This document shows positions 1 through 10,255 of a stretch of DNA of 64,000 nucleotides, one piece after another; position 1 is the stretch's first letter; the number at the start of each line of letters is the position of its first letter. A model generated the notes under the pieces. It saw only the letters and a list, made by a program, of their open reading frames with translations, was not told where the DNA came from and ran no database searches. Both the position numbers and the translations under genes were made by a program. Origin of the DNA: Eubacteriales bacterium (GTDB taxonomy: Bacteria; Bacillota; Clostridia; Oscillospirales; CAG-382). The stretch lies in NCBI GenBank assembly GCA_045652245.1, contig JAZRTY010000043.1, positions 501-64,500 of the forward strand. Direction: 5' to 3'.

Positions 1-392
1 TCGGAACTTTCACAGGATTTATATTTTTCAAAAATACTACGCAGAGTATCTGCCTGTATCCCCTCAACTCCCAGGAGTCCTGCTTTTGAACTTTCCTTTT
101 TCCTTTTTTCCTTACCCTTTTCGCTTGGAATATATAAATGAATGATTCTATCACTCTTTGGTAACATACCTTTGAGCTTATTACGAAGAAAAAAACCTGC
201 CGGATCGCTGTCGGTCAGGATTATAATTCCGTTCTTTTCGGCAATTTTCCTGAAAAGTGAAATTTTTTCTTCATTATTAAATATAGAAAAACCACTTGTT
301 GTGAGAATATTGGCATCAATTATGCTTTCGAGCTTGATTTTGTCGTACTTTCCTTCGACAATAACCGTTTGCGCAATTTTTATCTTCTCCAT
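1..392 (-). CDS. Toprim-domain protein, RNase M5 / DUF4093-like (C-terminus runs off the window)
   Basis: Absent from the ORF track because it has no stop in the window. Manual translation from the ATG at 392 gives MEKIKIAQTVIVEGKYDKIKLESIIDANILTTSGFSIFNNEEKISLFRKIAEKNGIIILTDSDPAGFFLRNKL..., open to nt 1. It carries the Toprim-like E-G and DxD motifs. The 142..441 + ORF is its antisense shadow. Confidence 0.7.
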   Translation of the reverse strand, partial: MEKIKIAQTVIVEGKYDKIKLESIIDANILTTSGFSIFNNEEKISLFRKIAEKNGIIILTDSDPAGFFLRNKLKGMLPKSDRIIHLYIPSEKGKEKRKKESSKAGLLGVEGIQADTLRSIFEKYKSCESS

Positions 393-440
393 ATTTTTTC
401 CTTTTATACAAAGTTTTGTAATTATTTTTCTTATATTATA

Positions 441-471
441 ACAACAAAGGTCGCCCTTGGCACGCGACCTT
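441..471 (-). terminator. Intrinsic terminator after the dnaJ / small-ORF unit
   Basis: Stem aggtcgc (448-454) pairs with gcgacct (464-470). On the minus strand it is followed by a T-rich run (complement of acaacaa). Confidence 0.6.
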
Positions 472-479
472 CATTTTGA

Positions 480-662
480 TTATTTATCTTTTTTATTTTT
501 GTCTGTTGCGTACAAAATAAATGCTCCCATTGTAAGCAGTGGAAAAAGAGTTGTAAAATTAAAAATTCCCACATAATCACCCGAACCAAAATTCGCATCT
601 ATTATAAGTCCTATAAACCAAGCTATTATTGTAAAAGCAATTTTTTCTGCCACAGTCAACAT
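480..662 (-). CDS. Small hydrophobic protein (two predicted TM segments), unknown function
   Basis: 60-aa ORF 13 nt downstream of dnaJ on the same strand. Composition is hydrophobic (IAWFIGLII, LFPLLTMGAFILY) with a lysine-rich tail. Confidence 0.5.
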   Translation of the reverse strand: MLTVAEKIAFTIIAWFIGLIIDANFGSGDYVGIFNFTTLFPLLTMGAFILYATDKNKKDK

Positions 663-674
663 CCTTTCTGTTGC

Positions 675-1817
675 TTACTTTTTAAACATCTTACGCATCT
701 TCTCTGAAAAGCTTTCTTTCTGCAGATTATTTTTATCTCCACAGGAATCTGCAAACTCACGAAGCATTTCCTTTTGCTTAGCAGACAGATTTTTCGGAAC
801 ATCAACTATTACTCTGAAGGTAAGATTTCCTTTTCTCTTGCCGTTAACATACGGCATTCCCTTGTCCCTGAGGGTAAATCTTGTTCCGGTCTGCGTTCCT
901 TCCGGAATTTCGTAGTCCATATCACCCTCAAGTGTCGGAACTTTAATTGTAGCACCGAGCGCTGCTTCAACGAATGTAATCGGAACATCGCAATATATGT
1001 CAGCGCCGTCTCTTTCAAAGACGCTGTGAGCTTTTACATTTACCGTAATATAGAGGTCACCATTAAGACCACCGTTCTTGCCGACATCGCCCTGACCACG
1101 AAGTACAATTTCCTGTCCGTCGTCGATTCCTGCAGGGATTGAAACTTCAAGAGTTTTTCTCTTGACACCTGTTCCGGACCCTGAGCAATCGGGGCACGGC
1201 TTTTCAATAACCTTACCTGTTCCGTGACAATCAGAGCAGGGACGTGTTGACTGCATAATACCGAAAGGAGTTCTCTGCTGAACTCTGACTGTACCCGTAC
1301 CGCCACATTTACTACAGGTTTTGGCACTTGTTCCGGGTGCTGCACCACTTCCGTCACACTTTGCGCATTTTTCTATTCTGTTGAAAATTACGTCCTTTTT
1401 ACAACCGAATGCTGCTTCCTCAAAGGTAAGCGTAACTCTTGCCTCTCTGTCTCCGCCCTGCTGTGGAGCATTGCTTCTGCGAGCAGACGAGCCGCCACCG
1501 AAAAAGCTTGAGAAAATATCTCCGACATCAAAGTCCATACCACCAAAACCACCGAAACCGCCAAAACCTGAACCACCGCCCATATTCGGGTCAAAGGCAC
1601 TATGTCCATAGGCGTCATATTTAGACTTTTTATCCGAATCGGAAAGTACACTATATGCTTCGTTTACTTCTTTAAAGTTTTTTTCGGCTTCCTCATCTCC
1701 GGGGTTCAAATCGGGATGATATTTTTTTGCAAGCTTTCTGTATGCTTTTTTTATTTCGTCGTCTGAAGCACCTTTAGATAGTCCCAGCACTTCATAATAA
1801 TCTCTTTTATCTGCCAT
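675..1817 (-). CDS. dnaJ: Molecular chaperone DnaJ
   Basis: J-domain (DYYEVLG...HPD), G/F-rich linker and four CxxCxGxG zinc-finger repeats. Start set at MADKRDYY (ATG at 1817), not the upstream in-frame codon in the ORF track. Confidence 0.97.
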   Translation of the reverse strand: MADKRDYYEVLGLSKGASDDEIKKAYRKLAKKYHPDLNPGDEEAEKNFKEVNEAYSVLSDSDKKSKYDAYGHSAFDPNMGGGSGFGGFGGFGGMDFDVGDIFSSFFGGGSSARRSNAPQQGGDREARVTLTFEEAAFGCKKDVIFNRIEKCAKCDGSGAAPGTSAKTCSKCGGTGTVRVQQRTPFGIMQSTRPCSDCHGTGKVIEKPCPDCSGSGTGVKRKTLEVSIPAGIDDGQEIVLRGQGDVGKNGGLNGDLYITVNVKAHSVFERDGADIYCDVPITFVEAALGATIKVPTLEGDMDYEIPEGTQTGTRFTLRDKGMPYVNGKRKGNLTFRVIVDVPKNLSAKQKEMLREFADSCGDKNNLQKESFSEKMRKMFKK

Positions 1818-1910
1818 TGTCAATATAACCTTTCTTAAATTTGCAATAAACAAATATCAACTGGCAAATTTTGCCCTCTGATATTCATTTACCCCATTTA
1901 AAACTACACT

Positions 1911-1943
1911 TTCGGGGCAGGGCATTTTTTGCCCTGTCCCGAA
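1911..1943 (-). promoter_or_regulatory. 14-bp intercistronic stem-loop between dnaK and dnaJ
   Basis: ttcggggcagggca / tgccctgtcccgaa with a 5-nt loop. No clean T-run follows on the minus strand, so it is more likely an mRNA stability element or partial attenuator than a full terminator. Confidence 0.55.
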
Positions 1944-1955
1944 GATAATATTTTC

Positions 1956-3770
1956 TTACTTGTCGGACTTGTCCTCGAAGTCTGCGTTGATTGTGCCGTC
2001 GTCATTCTGTGTCGCGCCCTCTGCACCCTGTGCCTGCTGCGCCTGTGCGTAGAGCTTTTCGGAAATTGCATAGAATGCCTTTTGGAGTGCTTCGGTGTCC
2101 GCCTTGATAGCATCAGTATTTCCTGTTGCAACAGTTGCTTTGAGCTTTTCGATTGCTTCCTTTATGGGAGCCTTTTCGTCTTCTGTTACCTTGTCACCAA
2201 GCTCACCGAGCGCCTTTTCTGACTGGAAGATAAGAGATTCAGCCTGATTCTTTGTATCAACTGCTTCCTTCTGCTTCTTATCCTCTTCAGCATACTTTTC
2301 AGCATCCTTTACAGCCTTGTCAATATCCTCTTTAGACATATTTGTAGAGGAAGTAATAGTAATATGCTGTTCCTTACCTGTTCCCTTATCCTGAGCTGTT
2401 ACATTTACAATACCGTTAGCGTCGATATCGAAGGTAACTTCAATCTGTGGAACTCCTCTGGGAGCTGACGGAATACCATCAAGAATGAATCTTCCGAGTG
2501 TTGTATTACCTGCAGCCATCTCCCTCTCACCCTGAAGAATATGAATTTCAACAGAGGTCTGTCCGTCTGCAGCTGTAGAATATATCTGACTCTTTTTAAC
2601 AGGAATTGTTGTATTTCTCTCGATAATTCTGTTACAAACACCACCGAGTGTTTCGATACCGAGGGAGAGAGGTGTTACGTCAAGAAGAAGGATATCCTTA
2701 ACGTCGTTTGAAAGTACACCACCCTGAATTGCAGCTCCTATTGCTACACATTCATCGGGGTTGATTCCCTTGAAGGGGTCTTTACCGATAAACTTCTTTA
2801 CTGCTTCTTGCACTGCAGGAATTCTTGTAGAACCACCAACAAGAAGTACCTTGTCAATTTGCGATACCTGAAGTCCTGCATCAGAAAGGGCTTTCTTTAC
2901 AGGTGTCATTGTTCTTTCTACAAGGTCGCTTGTCAATTCATCAAACTTTGCTCTTGTAAGTGTCATATCAAAATGGAGAGGTCCCTGAGCGCCTGCAGTA
3001 ATAAAGGGAAGATTGATGTTTGTGCTCGCCATTCCGGAAAGCTCAATCTTTGCTTTTTCTGCAGCTTCCTTAAGTCTCTGAAGAGCCATTTTGTCAAGTC
3101 GAAGATCGATTCCGTTTTCAGCCTTGAAGGTATCTGCCATATAGTTCATAACCTTATCGTCAAAGTCGTCACCACCGAGCTTTGTATCACCGTTTGTAGC
3201 AAGTACTTCGATAACTCCGTCACCGATTTCAAGGATAGAAACGTCAAAGGTACCACCACCGAGGTCGTAAACCATAATCTTCTGTTCCTTTTCCTTGTCC
3301 ATGCCGTATGCAAGAGCTGCAGCTGTCGGCTCGTTGATAATTCTCTTTACTTCAAGACCTGCAATCTTACCTGCGTCTTTAGTTGCCTGTCTCTGTGAGT
3401 CAGAGAAGTATGCAGGAACTGTAATTACAGCTTCTGTAACTGTTGTACCGAGGTAGCTTTCAGCATCTGCCTTAAGCTTTGCAAGTACCATAGCCGAGAT
3501 TTCCTGAGGTGTATAATTCTTGTCATCAATAGCTACCTTGTAGGAAGAGCCCATTTCACGCTTGATTGAGCTTACAGTTCTGTCACGATTCATAACTGCC
3601 TGTCTTTTTGCTACCTGACCTACCATTCTCTCGCCTGTCCTTGAAAAAGCAACGATTGAGGGAGTTGTTCTTGCACCCTCTGCATTTGCAATAACTACAG
3701 GCTCACCACCTTCAAATACTGCAACACAAGAGTTTGTAGTACCGAGGTCAATACCAATAATTTTTCCCAT
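1956..3770 (-). CDS. dnaK: Molecular chaperone DnaK (Hsp70)
   Basis: [21 protein letters not shown] and other Hsp70 signatures. Start at MGKIIGID (ATG 3770), preceded by GGAG. Confidence 0.98.
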   Translation of the reverse strand: MGKIIGIDLGTTNSCVAVFEGGEPVVIANAEGARTTPSIVAFSRTGERMVGQVAKRQAVMNRDRTVSSIKREMGSSYKVAIDDKNYTPQEISAMVLAKLKADAESYLGTTVTEAVITVPAYFSDSQRQATKDAGKIAGLEVKRIINEPTAAALAYGMDKEKEQKIMVYDLGGGTFDVSILEIGDGVIEVLATNGDTKLGGDDFDDKVMNYMADTFKAENGIDLRLDKMALQRLKEAAEKAKIELSGMASTNINLPFITAGAQGPLHFDMTLTRAKFDELTSDLVERTMTPVKKALSDAGLQVSQIDKVLLVGGSTRIPAVQEAVKKFIGKDPFKGINPDECVAIGAAIQGGVLSNDVKDILLLDVTPLSLGIETLGGVCNRIIERNTTIPVKKSQIYSTAADGQTSVEIHILQGEREMAAGNTTLGRFILDGIPSAPRGVPQIEVTFDIDANGIVNVTAQDKGTGKEQHITITSSTNMSKEDIDKAVKDAEKYAEEDKKQKEAVDTKNQAESLIFQSEKALGELGDKVTEDEKAPIKEAIEKLKATVATGNTDAIKADTEALQKAFYAISEKLYAQAQQAQGAEGATQNDDGTINADFEDKSDK

Positions 3771-3845
3771 AATAATTCTCCATTCTGCCAAAATCTGATT
3801 TACGATTTTTAAGGCTTAATATATAAATTTAAATTTTTGACTTTT

Positions 3846-4421
3846 TTAGTTTGTAACTTTAACTACCGAATGACGAAGCACCTTGTCACCACGAATATAT
3901 CCTTTCTGGAATACTGCAGTAATTTCGCTCTCGCCCTTTTCGCTGTCCTCGTCGTGCATTACTGCATTGTGGAAATTCGGGTCAAAGGTTTTGCCGAGTG
4001 CTTCAATTTCAGATATACCAAGCTTTGCGAAAATTTCATCACACTGCTTTTTTATCATCTGCACACCCTTATACATTGAGCTTTCCTTATCGGGCTCTGC
4101 CTCAAGTGCTCTTTCAATATTGTCAAGCATCGGAAGCAGCTGTGCTGCAGTATCACAAAGAGCGTCGGTGTATATACTTTCCTTTTCCTTTGTAACTCTC
4201 TTTCTGAAATTATCGTATTCAGCCATCATACGAAGGTATTTATCGTTTTCTTCCGAAAGCTTATTTTCAAGTTCAGCAATCTTTTCTTCTTTTTCGTTTT
4301 TCTTTTCTTTTTTACTTTCCTTGCCTGCACATTTTTTACAACCTTTTTTCTCTGTGGTACAATTTTCGGAATTTGTTTCTTCGTTTACATTTTCTACTGT
4401 GTCCTTTTCCTGCTCTGCCAT
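3846..4421 (-). CDS. grpE: Nucleotide exchange factor GrpE
   Basis: Acidic/lysine-rich N-terminus, then the GrpE core (YLRMMAEYDNFRKR ... FDPNFHNAV). Located between hrcA and dnaK. Confidence 0.95.
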   Translation of the reverse strand: MAEQEKDTVENVNEETNSENCTTEKKGCKKCAGKESKKEKKNEKEEKIAELENKLSEENDKYLRMMAEYDNFRKRVTKEKESIYTDALCDTAAQLLPMLDNIERALEAEPDKESSMYKGVQMIKKQCDEIFAKLGISEIEALGKTFDPNFHNAVMHDEDSEKGESEITAVFQKGYIRGDKVLRHSVVKVTN

Positions 4422-4454
4422 TTTTTCCTCCGTTTTAATAAAGTATCATGTGTA

Positions 4455-5552
4455 TTATATGTTGTTTTTATCATCGTCACCGGGCATCAACGCATCAATT
4501 TCCGTATTTCCCATCGACCTTGCAAGAAATTTAAGGCTTGCAACAACCTTTTTATAGTCCATTCTGCGTGGCCCCAGAATACCGATTACAGCATTTGTGT
4601 TTCCGACAGGGAAAGAACAGTACACAAGACTCGTTTGTGCAAACGCCGAATCCTCGGGATTTTCACCGATAAAGATTTTAAGTCCGCCCTCCTCTGAAAA
4701 TACAGGTGTAAGCCCGTTTTCGTTCCCGTAGGAATCTCCTTCAAGAAGCCGTTTTAAGTCCTCTTGTCTTGTTTCGCATAGCTCTATTATCGACCTTGCC
4801 TTCTCTACTGTTGAAAATTCGGGGTAGGACAGAAGATTTGTAACTCCGTCAATTTTTATATCATCGGAATTTTTCCCTCTCGTTTCGATATATGCTGCAC
4901 GAAGAATTTTACCGACAAGATTTCTGTGTCTGCCAAAGCTTTCCTCAAGCTCCATAATAAGGTCAAGAGAAACGTCGTCAAGTATTACTCCCGAAAGCTT
5001 TTCGCAAAGTATATCCTTAATTTTTGCAACATCTCTTTCCAAAAGGGTAAAGTCACTCTGAATTTGTGTGCTTTTTGCATTTCCGTCACGCAAAATCATA
5101 ACAAGCAAAAAGCTGCGCTCGTTTATATAAACTGCATCAAATCGCAACACAGTACTTTCACTCTCTCTGTGTGCGAGTGAAACTGCAGCATATTTTGTAA
5201 CCCCCGACATTACCTTGCTGGCTCTGTCTATCATCCTGTCTATCTGAGCTGTCTTGAATTTTGTAAGCTCGGAAAGAAGTTCAAGCTCCTCAACCGAGAG
5301 TCTGTAGTCCTCATTCAGCTGGTCTACATAAAATTTATAGCCAAGTGCTGACGGAACACGTCCGGCACTCGTGTGAGGCTTATCAAGATATCCAAGTGTT
5401 TCAAGCTCACTCATTTCGTTTCTTATAGTTGCAGGAGAAAGAGAAATATTACCGTAGGTTGTCAGATACTTTGAACCGACAGGCTCACCCGAGTCTATAT
5501 ATGCGTCAATTATCGATTTCAGTATTTGCTTTTTTCTCTCGGATAAATCCAT
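4455..5552 (-). CDS. hrcA: Heat-inducible transcription repressor HrcA
   Basis: N-terminal winged helix (SERKKQILKSIIDAYIDSGEPVGSK). First gene of the hrcA-grpE-dnaK-dnaJ operon. Start at ATG 5552, preceded by GGAGGTGAGGAG. Confidence 0.95.
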   Translation of the reverse strand: MDLSERKKQILKSIIDAYIDSGEPVGSKYLTTYGNISLSPATIRNEMSELETLGYLDKPHTSAGRVPSALGYKFYVDQLNEDYRLSVEELELLSELTKFKTAQIDRMIDRASKVMSGVTKYAAVSLAHRESESTVLRFDAVYINERSFLLVMILRDGNAKSTQIQSDFTLLERDVAKIKDILCEKLSGVILDDVSLDLIMELEESFGRHRNLVGKILRAAYIETRGKNSDDIKIDGVTNLLSYPEFSTVEKARSIIELCETRQEDLKRLLEGDSYGNENGLTPVFSEEGGLKIFIGENPEDSAFAQTSLVYCSFPVGNTNAVIGILGPRRMDYKKVVASLKFLARSMGNTEIDALMPGDDDKNNI

Positions 5553-5613
5553 ACTCCTCACCTCCAACATAAATACGACTTTTTCATTTATATAAAAATA
5601 AAGTCATACCATT

Positions 5614-5640
5614 TTAGCACTCGCACACTCCGAGTGCTAA
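5614..5640 (-). promoter_or_regulatory. CIRCE operator (HrcA binding site)
   Basis: Perfect TTAGCACTC-N9-GAGTGCTAA inverted repeat, read directly, between the predicted promoter and hrcA. Confidence 0.95.
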
Positions 5641-5647
5641 CGATATG

Positions 5648-5676
5648 ACTTTACCACTATTTTGGGCTTTTGTCAA
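5648..5676 (-). promoter_or_regulatory. Sigma-A type promoter of the hrcA operon
   Basis: Minus strand reads TTGACA (5671-5676), 17 nt, TAAAGT (5648-5653), immediately upstream of CIRCE. Confidence 0.6.
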
Positions 5677-5764
5677 TAGATAGGACAAAATTTTATTGTT
5701 AATATTTTATGAACTGCATTTGCAAGCAGCAAAAACGATACAAAAAGTGCGATTTTGCGACGTT

Positions 5765-6406
5765 TTACAGCTTAAAATCGCAAATTTTCTCCTTTTTAAA
5801 AATACATTCCTCACACTTCGGATTTCTCGCACGACAGGTATCTCTGCCAAACTGAACAAGCCTGTGACACAAGTCGGATTGTTCATTTCTTGGCACAATA
5901 GCGTCGAGAGTGCGTTCAACCTTCACAGGAACAGTACTGTCGCAAAGACCGAGCCTGTTTGAAATCCGTATACAATGGGTATCAGCCACAATTCCACCCT
6001 TGCCGTATACGTCGCCAAGTACAAGGTTTGCAATTTTCCTGCCAACTCCCGACAAAGACAACAAATCTTCCATATTATCGGGTACTTTTCCATCAAAGTC
6101 GGAAAGAATTTTTGTACACGCTTCCTTTATACTTTTTGCTTTGCTGTGATAAAGGCCACAGGGTTTTATTATTTCCTCAATTTCTGATAGCTCCCCCTTT
6201 GCAAGAGCCTCAATTGTCGGAAAGACACGAAAAAGGTCGTAACTTACAATATTTACCCTCTCGTCGGTACATTGAGCAGAGAGTCTTGCAAGAACAAGTA
6301 ATTTCCACGGTTCTCCGCCATATTCAAGAGAGCAGATTGCTTCGGGATATATTTTCTTCAGATGCTCTGTTACCTTTTTAGCTTTTGTTTCTTTTTTCAT
6401 CTTCAT
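5765..6406 (-). CDS. nth: Endonuclease III (DNA-(apurinic/apyrimidinic site) lyase)
   Basis: HhH-GPD core (LLSLSGVGRKIANLVL) and a C-terminal 4Fe-4S Cys cluster (CRARNPKCEECIFKKEKIC). Confidence 0.93.
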   Translation of the reverse strand: MKMKKETKAKKVTEHLKKIYPEAICSLEYGGEPWKLLVLARLSAQCTDERVNIVSYDLFRVFPTIEALAKGELSEIEEIIKPCGLYHSKAKSIKEACTKILSDFDGKVPDNMEDLLSLSGVGRKIANLVLGDVYGKGGIVADTHCIRISNRLGLCDSTVPVKVERTLDAIVPRNEQSDLCHRLVQFGRDTCRARNPKCEECIFKKEKICDFKL

Positions 6407-6425
6407 AATAGATTTTTAAACACTT

Positions 6426-9400
6426 TTAATATTCAAGATATTTTGCCTGTTCTTTATAAAAATCGAGAATACCGTCAGCAAGAGCCTGTGCACTTCTCTC
6501 GTAATTTCCTGGAGAAACTGTCCATTGGAATTCCTCAACATTACAGATAAAGCTCATCTCGCACAGTGTTGACGGGAATCTGTGGTTTCTTGCAACTGCA
6601 AGCATCTGATATGCCGTCGGGCGCTTGAGTCTTGCAAGCTGTGTTGTCACAGAATCAGCAACGGCGTCTGCAAGCATGATACCTGCACAGTCGGAATAAA
6701 GTCCGAGATACCCACGCACAAGTGACGGGTTTACAGACCCTGAAATAGAATTGTGGTGAACGGAAATTGCCATATCCGGTATCATTGAAGCAAGTATATC
6801 AATTCTGTCATAAAGGTCGAGAGTTTCGTCCTTTTCTCGTGTCATAATAACTCTTGCTCCAAGCGCTGCGAGCTTATTGCGAAGCTCAAGAGCAATTGAT
6901 AAGTTAAGGTCTGCCTCGTGAAGCTTTGCTCCGATTGACGCAGGTCCCGGAGCTCCGATATCGTTTCCGCCGTGTCCTGCATCAATAATGATTGTCTTAC
7001 CGGAAAGTGGTGTGTCCCCCTCATGTATGGACTGTGGGTTATTAAGCCTGAAAATTATCATTCCGTCATCATATACTGTATTGAAGCCGTAATAATTTTT
7101 CGCTTCCTTAAGGGTAAACTCGTAAATAACATTTCCGTTCTGGATTTTTATAGCATATGACGAAATGAGAGGATTATTCTTTATTTCACACTCGGGCAGC
7201 ATCTGCGTACCTGTATTATATAATGTAACTGTAAATTTATCCTTTAAGGTTGAAACATTCACGGGTACATTCTCGGTAACACTGAAACGAATATCTGTAT
7301 GATTTTCAACATTGTTGAAAGTATCCTTAACATTCGGCTCTACCACAACACCGAGAAGTCTGTTTTCATAAAGCGCGCTGTCCTTTACAACTCTTACATT
7401 GTTCTCGGAAATATAATATCCACAACGCAGCTTATAAAAGCCGCCTTCATAGCCTACCACATAGTCACGCATACCGATTGAAGCAGGAGTCGGGTCATCA
7501 TAGAAAGAGGAATCCGGCTCGACCTTAAGATAAGAGTAGTCGTTTTTCACCTCTGCATAGATAAGGGCTCCTTTGCCAAGCTCATTTACAAGCGCTGCTC
7601 TTTTTGTAGCCGTTTTATTCCCCTTTTGTGCCGTAAAAGTGAGAGTTCCGAGACTTGCTATGTCTCCTGCCTTTGCATAGGACGCCTGAAGTTTTACACT
7701 TCCCTCATAAAGCTCGGTGTAGTTCTTTGCAGTTGTCGAGCTGTATTTTGTAGGTTTGAGTTCAATTGCAATTCCACCGATTTTTGCAGTAACCATACTT
7801 CCTGCAGGTGCGTTACAGGATACCTTTATTGTATCTCCCAAAGATAACCACACCTCACCCTTCGGATATTCATTGAGTATTTCATAGGTCTTCATTTCGG
7901 TAGCGTTTGCGCTGTTATCGGGAGAAGCAAGCTTTGTTATTGTATAGCTTTTTGTTTCGTCCTTTGACTGTATTAAAAACTCGTTCTTTCCGTTTGAAAG
8001 TGTTTTATAAATCGAGAAATAGCCGTCCTTGGTTCTGGATATCGGCTCGCCGTTAATTACAACAGGATAATTCGGGTCTGATACTCCGAGAAGATAAGTA
8101 CTGTCCTCTGTTGTTGTGTTTTCTATCGGGAAGGTTATTTCAGGCTCTTTCGGAGCATTCTCGGCCTTACTTTCATCCACGTAATCTATCGCAACACTAA
8201 AGGCAGATTTCAGGTCATCAAAAAGTCCTGCAGTATTCTTTGAAATGTCTGCATAACCGTAAAAAGCACTTCCACGGCAGGTAAGCAGAGCTCTTGCAAA
8301 TTCAAGCTGACGTATCATTTCACCTTCGGCGTAATCTGCAGCCTTATATGCTCCGTGTCCGATATATAGGTCAACACCTGTCCCGTCAAGATTTGCATTC
8401 CACCATCTCGCAATTACATCAAAGGGTGCCGCCTTCGTTTCAAAGCTCCAATACACCTGTGGAACAAGATAATCTACATATCCCCCTCTTGCCCAGGCGA
8501 TTGCATCACAGTAAAGCGTGCTGTACGCTTCAAGTCCCGTACTTTCACTTCCTGTTATATATGTATCAGAACCCTTATTCGCCCAGATACCAAATGGAGA
8601 AACTCCGAAACGCAAGTCAGTACTTACCGATTTTACAGCCTCATATGCTGATTTTACAAAAGCATTTACGCTACTGCGTCTGAAGTCTGCAATGCTCTGC
8701 CCGTTTCCGTACTTTTCATAGGCTTCGCCATCCTCGAATTCGGCTTTACCTGACGGATACGGATAGAAATAATCGTCTATATGTATTCCGGAAAGTCCGG
8801 GGTAATTTTCACAAATATACTTTATTTCGGATACGATAAGCTCACGCACCTCGGGAAGACCTGGGTTATAATAGAGCTTTCCGTCGGCAAAGGCAACGGT
8901 ATATTCGGGATGAAGCCTCGCAGGGTTATTCTCGGAAAGCGCTGATCTATCAAGCTGTGGCTTGCTTGCACTTCCGTTTGTAGCTCTGAAGGGGTTTAGC
9001 CACGCGTGTACCGAAATATTGTAATCCTTTGCTTTTGAAAGCAAATATTCAAGGCTGTCAAAGCTGCCGTCAGCTTCCTTCCCCTGTTCTCCCGAAACAT
9101 ACTCGGACTGTGGGAACACTTCTGATTTATACAGAGCATCTCCACAGGGACGAACCTGGAAAAATATTGTATTGAAGCCTATTTCGGAACAAGTTTCAAG
9201 AATCTCGTCAAGCTCTGCCTGAAGCTCTTTTTTTGAAAGCCCTTTATCCGACGGGTAATTAAGATTTCCTATAGAAGCTACCCACACACCACGCATTTCG
9301 TCATTTTCTGAAATGTCGGCAAGCTGCGAAGCCTCTCGGTTGTCGCTTTTATAGTCTGCAAGTACTCCGTTTTCCGAAACGTTCCTCGATATATTAAAAA

Positions 9401-9500
9401 ATACAATTGCAAGGGTTACGGTAAGAACAAACGTTACCATTCCTGCCGCAAGAGGCAGAACGAATTTTCTGAAGTTTATATCGGCAAATACTTTTTTCAT
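6426..9500 (-). CDS. Membrane-anchored fusion of a glycoside-hydrolase-like GHL10 (YngK/DUF187-type) domain and an N-acetylmuramoyl-L-alanine amidase (Amidase_3)
   Basis: N-terminal TM anchor (FVLPLAAGMVTFVLTVTLAIVFF). TIM-barrel-like GHL10 region (RGVWVASIGNLNYP..., HAWLNPF). C-terminal IIIDAGHGGNDIGAPG ... SVHHNS amidase_3 signatures. Confidence 0.85.
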   Translation of the reverse strand: MKKVFADINFRKFVLPLAAGMVTFVLTVTLAIVFFNISRNVSENGVLADYKSDNREASQLADISENDEMRGVWVASIGNLNYPSDKGLSKKELQAELDEILETCSEIGFNTIFFQVRPCGDALYKSEVFPQSEYVSGEQGKEADGSFDSLEYLLSKAKDYNISVHAWLNPFRATNGSASKPQLDRSALSENNPARLHPEYTVAFADGKLYYNPGLPEVRELIVSEIKYICENYPGLSGIHIDDYFYPYPSGKAEFEDGEAYEKYGNGQSIADFRRSSVNAFVKSAYEAVKSVSTDLRFGVSPFGIWANKGSDTYITGSESTGLEAYSTLYCDAIAWARGGYVDYLVPQVYWSFETKAAPFDVIARWWNANLDGTGVDLYIGHGAYKAADYAEGEMIRQLEFARALLTCRGSAFYGYADISKNTAGLFDDLKSAFSVAIDYVDESKAENAPKEPEITFPIENTTTEDSTYLLGVSDPNYPVVINGEPISRTKDGYFSIYKTLSNGKNEFLIQSKDETKSYTITKLASPDNSANATEMKTYEILNEYPKGEVWLSLGDTIKVSCNAPAGSMVTAKIGGIAIELKPTKYSSTTAKNYTELYEGSVKLQASYAKAGDIASLGTLTFTAQKGNKTATKRAALVNELGKGALIYAEVKNDYSYLKVEPDSSFYDDPTPASIGMRDYVVGYEGGFYKLRCGYYISENNVRVVKDSALYENRLLGVVVEPNVKDTFNNVENHTDIRFSVTENVPVNVSTLKDKFTVTLYNTGTQMLPECEIKNNPLISSYAIKIQNGNVIYEFTLKEAKNYYGFNTVYDDGMIIFRLNNPQSIHEGDTPLSGKTIIIDAGHGGNDIGAPGPASIGAKLHEADLNLSIALELRNKLAALGARVIMTREKDETLDLYDRIDILASMIPDMAISVHHNSISGSVNPSLVRGYLGLYSDCAGIMLADAVADSVTTQLARLKRPTAYQMLAVARNHRFPSTLCEMSFICNVEEFQWTVSPGNYERSAQALADGILDFYKEQAKYLEY

Positions 9501-9753
9501 AAATCCTCCTTTTTCACATCATTAAAAGCAATACCACTAACATAATTATTGTTATATTGGTCATATTATTCTTAAAGTGATTTTTACAAAAATTAAAACT
9601 TTACCGATTACATTATACTACAAAATCTTCCTTTTTTCAACATTTTCAGAAAAAAGCTTATTTCCAAACTGTTAATTCTGCACAAGTGAATTGTTCAAAA
9701 AGCAATATAATGAATTAAATATTTCCAAAATAACGCAATTTAAAAATCTATAC

Positions 9754-9782
9754 TTGATTTATACAAAAATATGTGCTATAAT
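9754..9782 (+). promoter_or_regulatory. Promoter of the SRP RNA gene
   Basis: TTGATT (9754-9759), 17 nt, TGC-TATAAT (extended -10, 9777-9782). Confidence 0.65.
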
Positions 9783-9789
9783 CAAGAGA

Positions 9790-10100
9790 ATAGAAACGAA
9801 TACGGAATAAGGGCACACTAATCGGGGACCTAGCGGAGCCCTGTACCTGCAATCCGCTATAGCAGGGACTAATTCCCGTTCTGAGGGCTTTACCGTTCTT
9901 GTGTTTGTGTTTTTTCTGTGTTGAGACACAGGTCCTGCGCAATTACACCTCGTGAACCATGTCAGGTGGGGAACCAAGCAGCATTAAGCGATAAGTGTGA
10001 TGTGCCGCAGGAGTGCCTTTGTTGAGCAGAAGTGATACAACCGCATTTTTGGGGAAAGTTCGATTTTCGGGTGTGTGTTCTTATTGCGTACTCGTTTTTT
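9790..10100 (+). ncRNA. ffs: Signal recognition particle RNA, long (Bacillus/Clostridium) form with Alu-like 5' domain
   Basis: Conserved helix-8 core gtgaaccatgtcaggtggGGAAccaagcagcattaag with a GGAA tetraloop near 9970. A long terminal helix pairs 9792-9818 (agaaacga...aataagggcacac) with 10073-10099 (gtgtgttcttatt...tcgtttttt), checked base by base, and ends in a T-run. Ends are approximate. Confidence 0.85.
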
Positions 10101-10126
10101 GTAAATGACATTTTTTGAAAACTGCC

Positions 10127-10155
10127 TTGACAAAATGTAATTTTTGTTATATAAT
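10127..10155 (+). promoter_or_regulatory. Promoter of tRNA-Gln
   Basis: TTGACA (10127-10132), 17 nt, TATAAT (10150-10155). Confidence 0.65.
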
Positions 10156-10176
10156 ATTTTGCGTTACGGAAAATAT

Positions 10177-10252
10177 TGGGGTGTCGCCAAGTGGTAAGGC
10201 ACAGGACTTTGACTCCTGCATTTCGCTGGTTCGAGCCCAGCCACCCCAGCCA
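10177..10252 (+). tRNA. tRNA-Gln (anticodon UUG), CCA encoded
   Basis: Hand-folded cloverleaf: acceptor tggggtg/cacccca, anticodon stem cagga/tcctg, loop cTTTGac, T-arm ggttcgagcc, 3' gCCA. Confidence 0.95.
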
Positions 10253-10255
10253 GAA

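Noticed and set aside
142-441. 99-aa + strand ORF at the left edge
   Set aside because: It lies antisense to a clearly coding Toprim-domain reading frame (1-392, minus). Its composition is low-complexity and hydrophobic, and it has no RBS.
774-1651. Several 60-120-aa ORFs on both strands inside dnaJ
   Set aside because: They are shadow ORFs within a strongly conserved gene, generated by the repetitive G/F and Cys-repeat codons.
2808-3398. 196-aa + strand ORF
   Set aside because: It is antisense to dnaK, Cys/Lys-rich with no recognisable domain.
3883-4557. 224-aa + strand ORF rich in Ser/Phe
   Set aside because: It is antisense to grpE and the hrcA 3' end. The low-complexity composition mirrors the E/K-rich sense strand.
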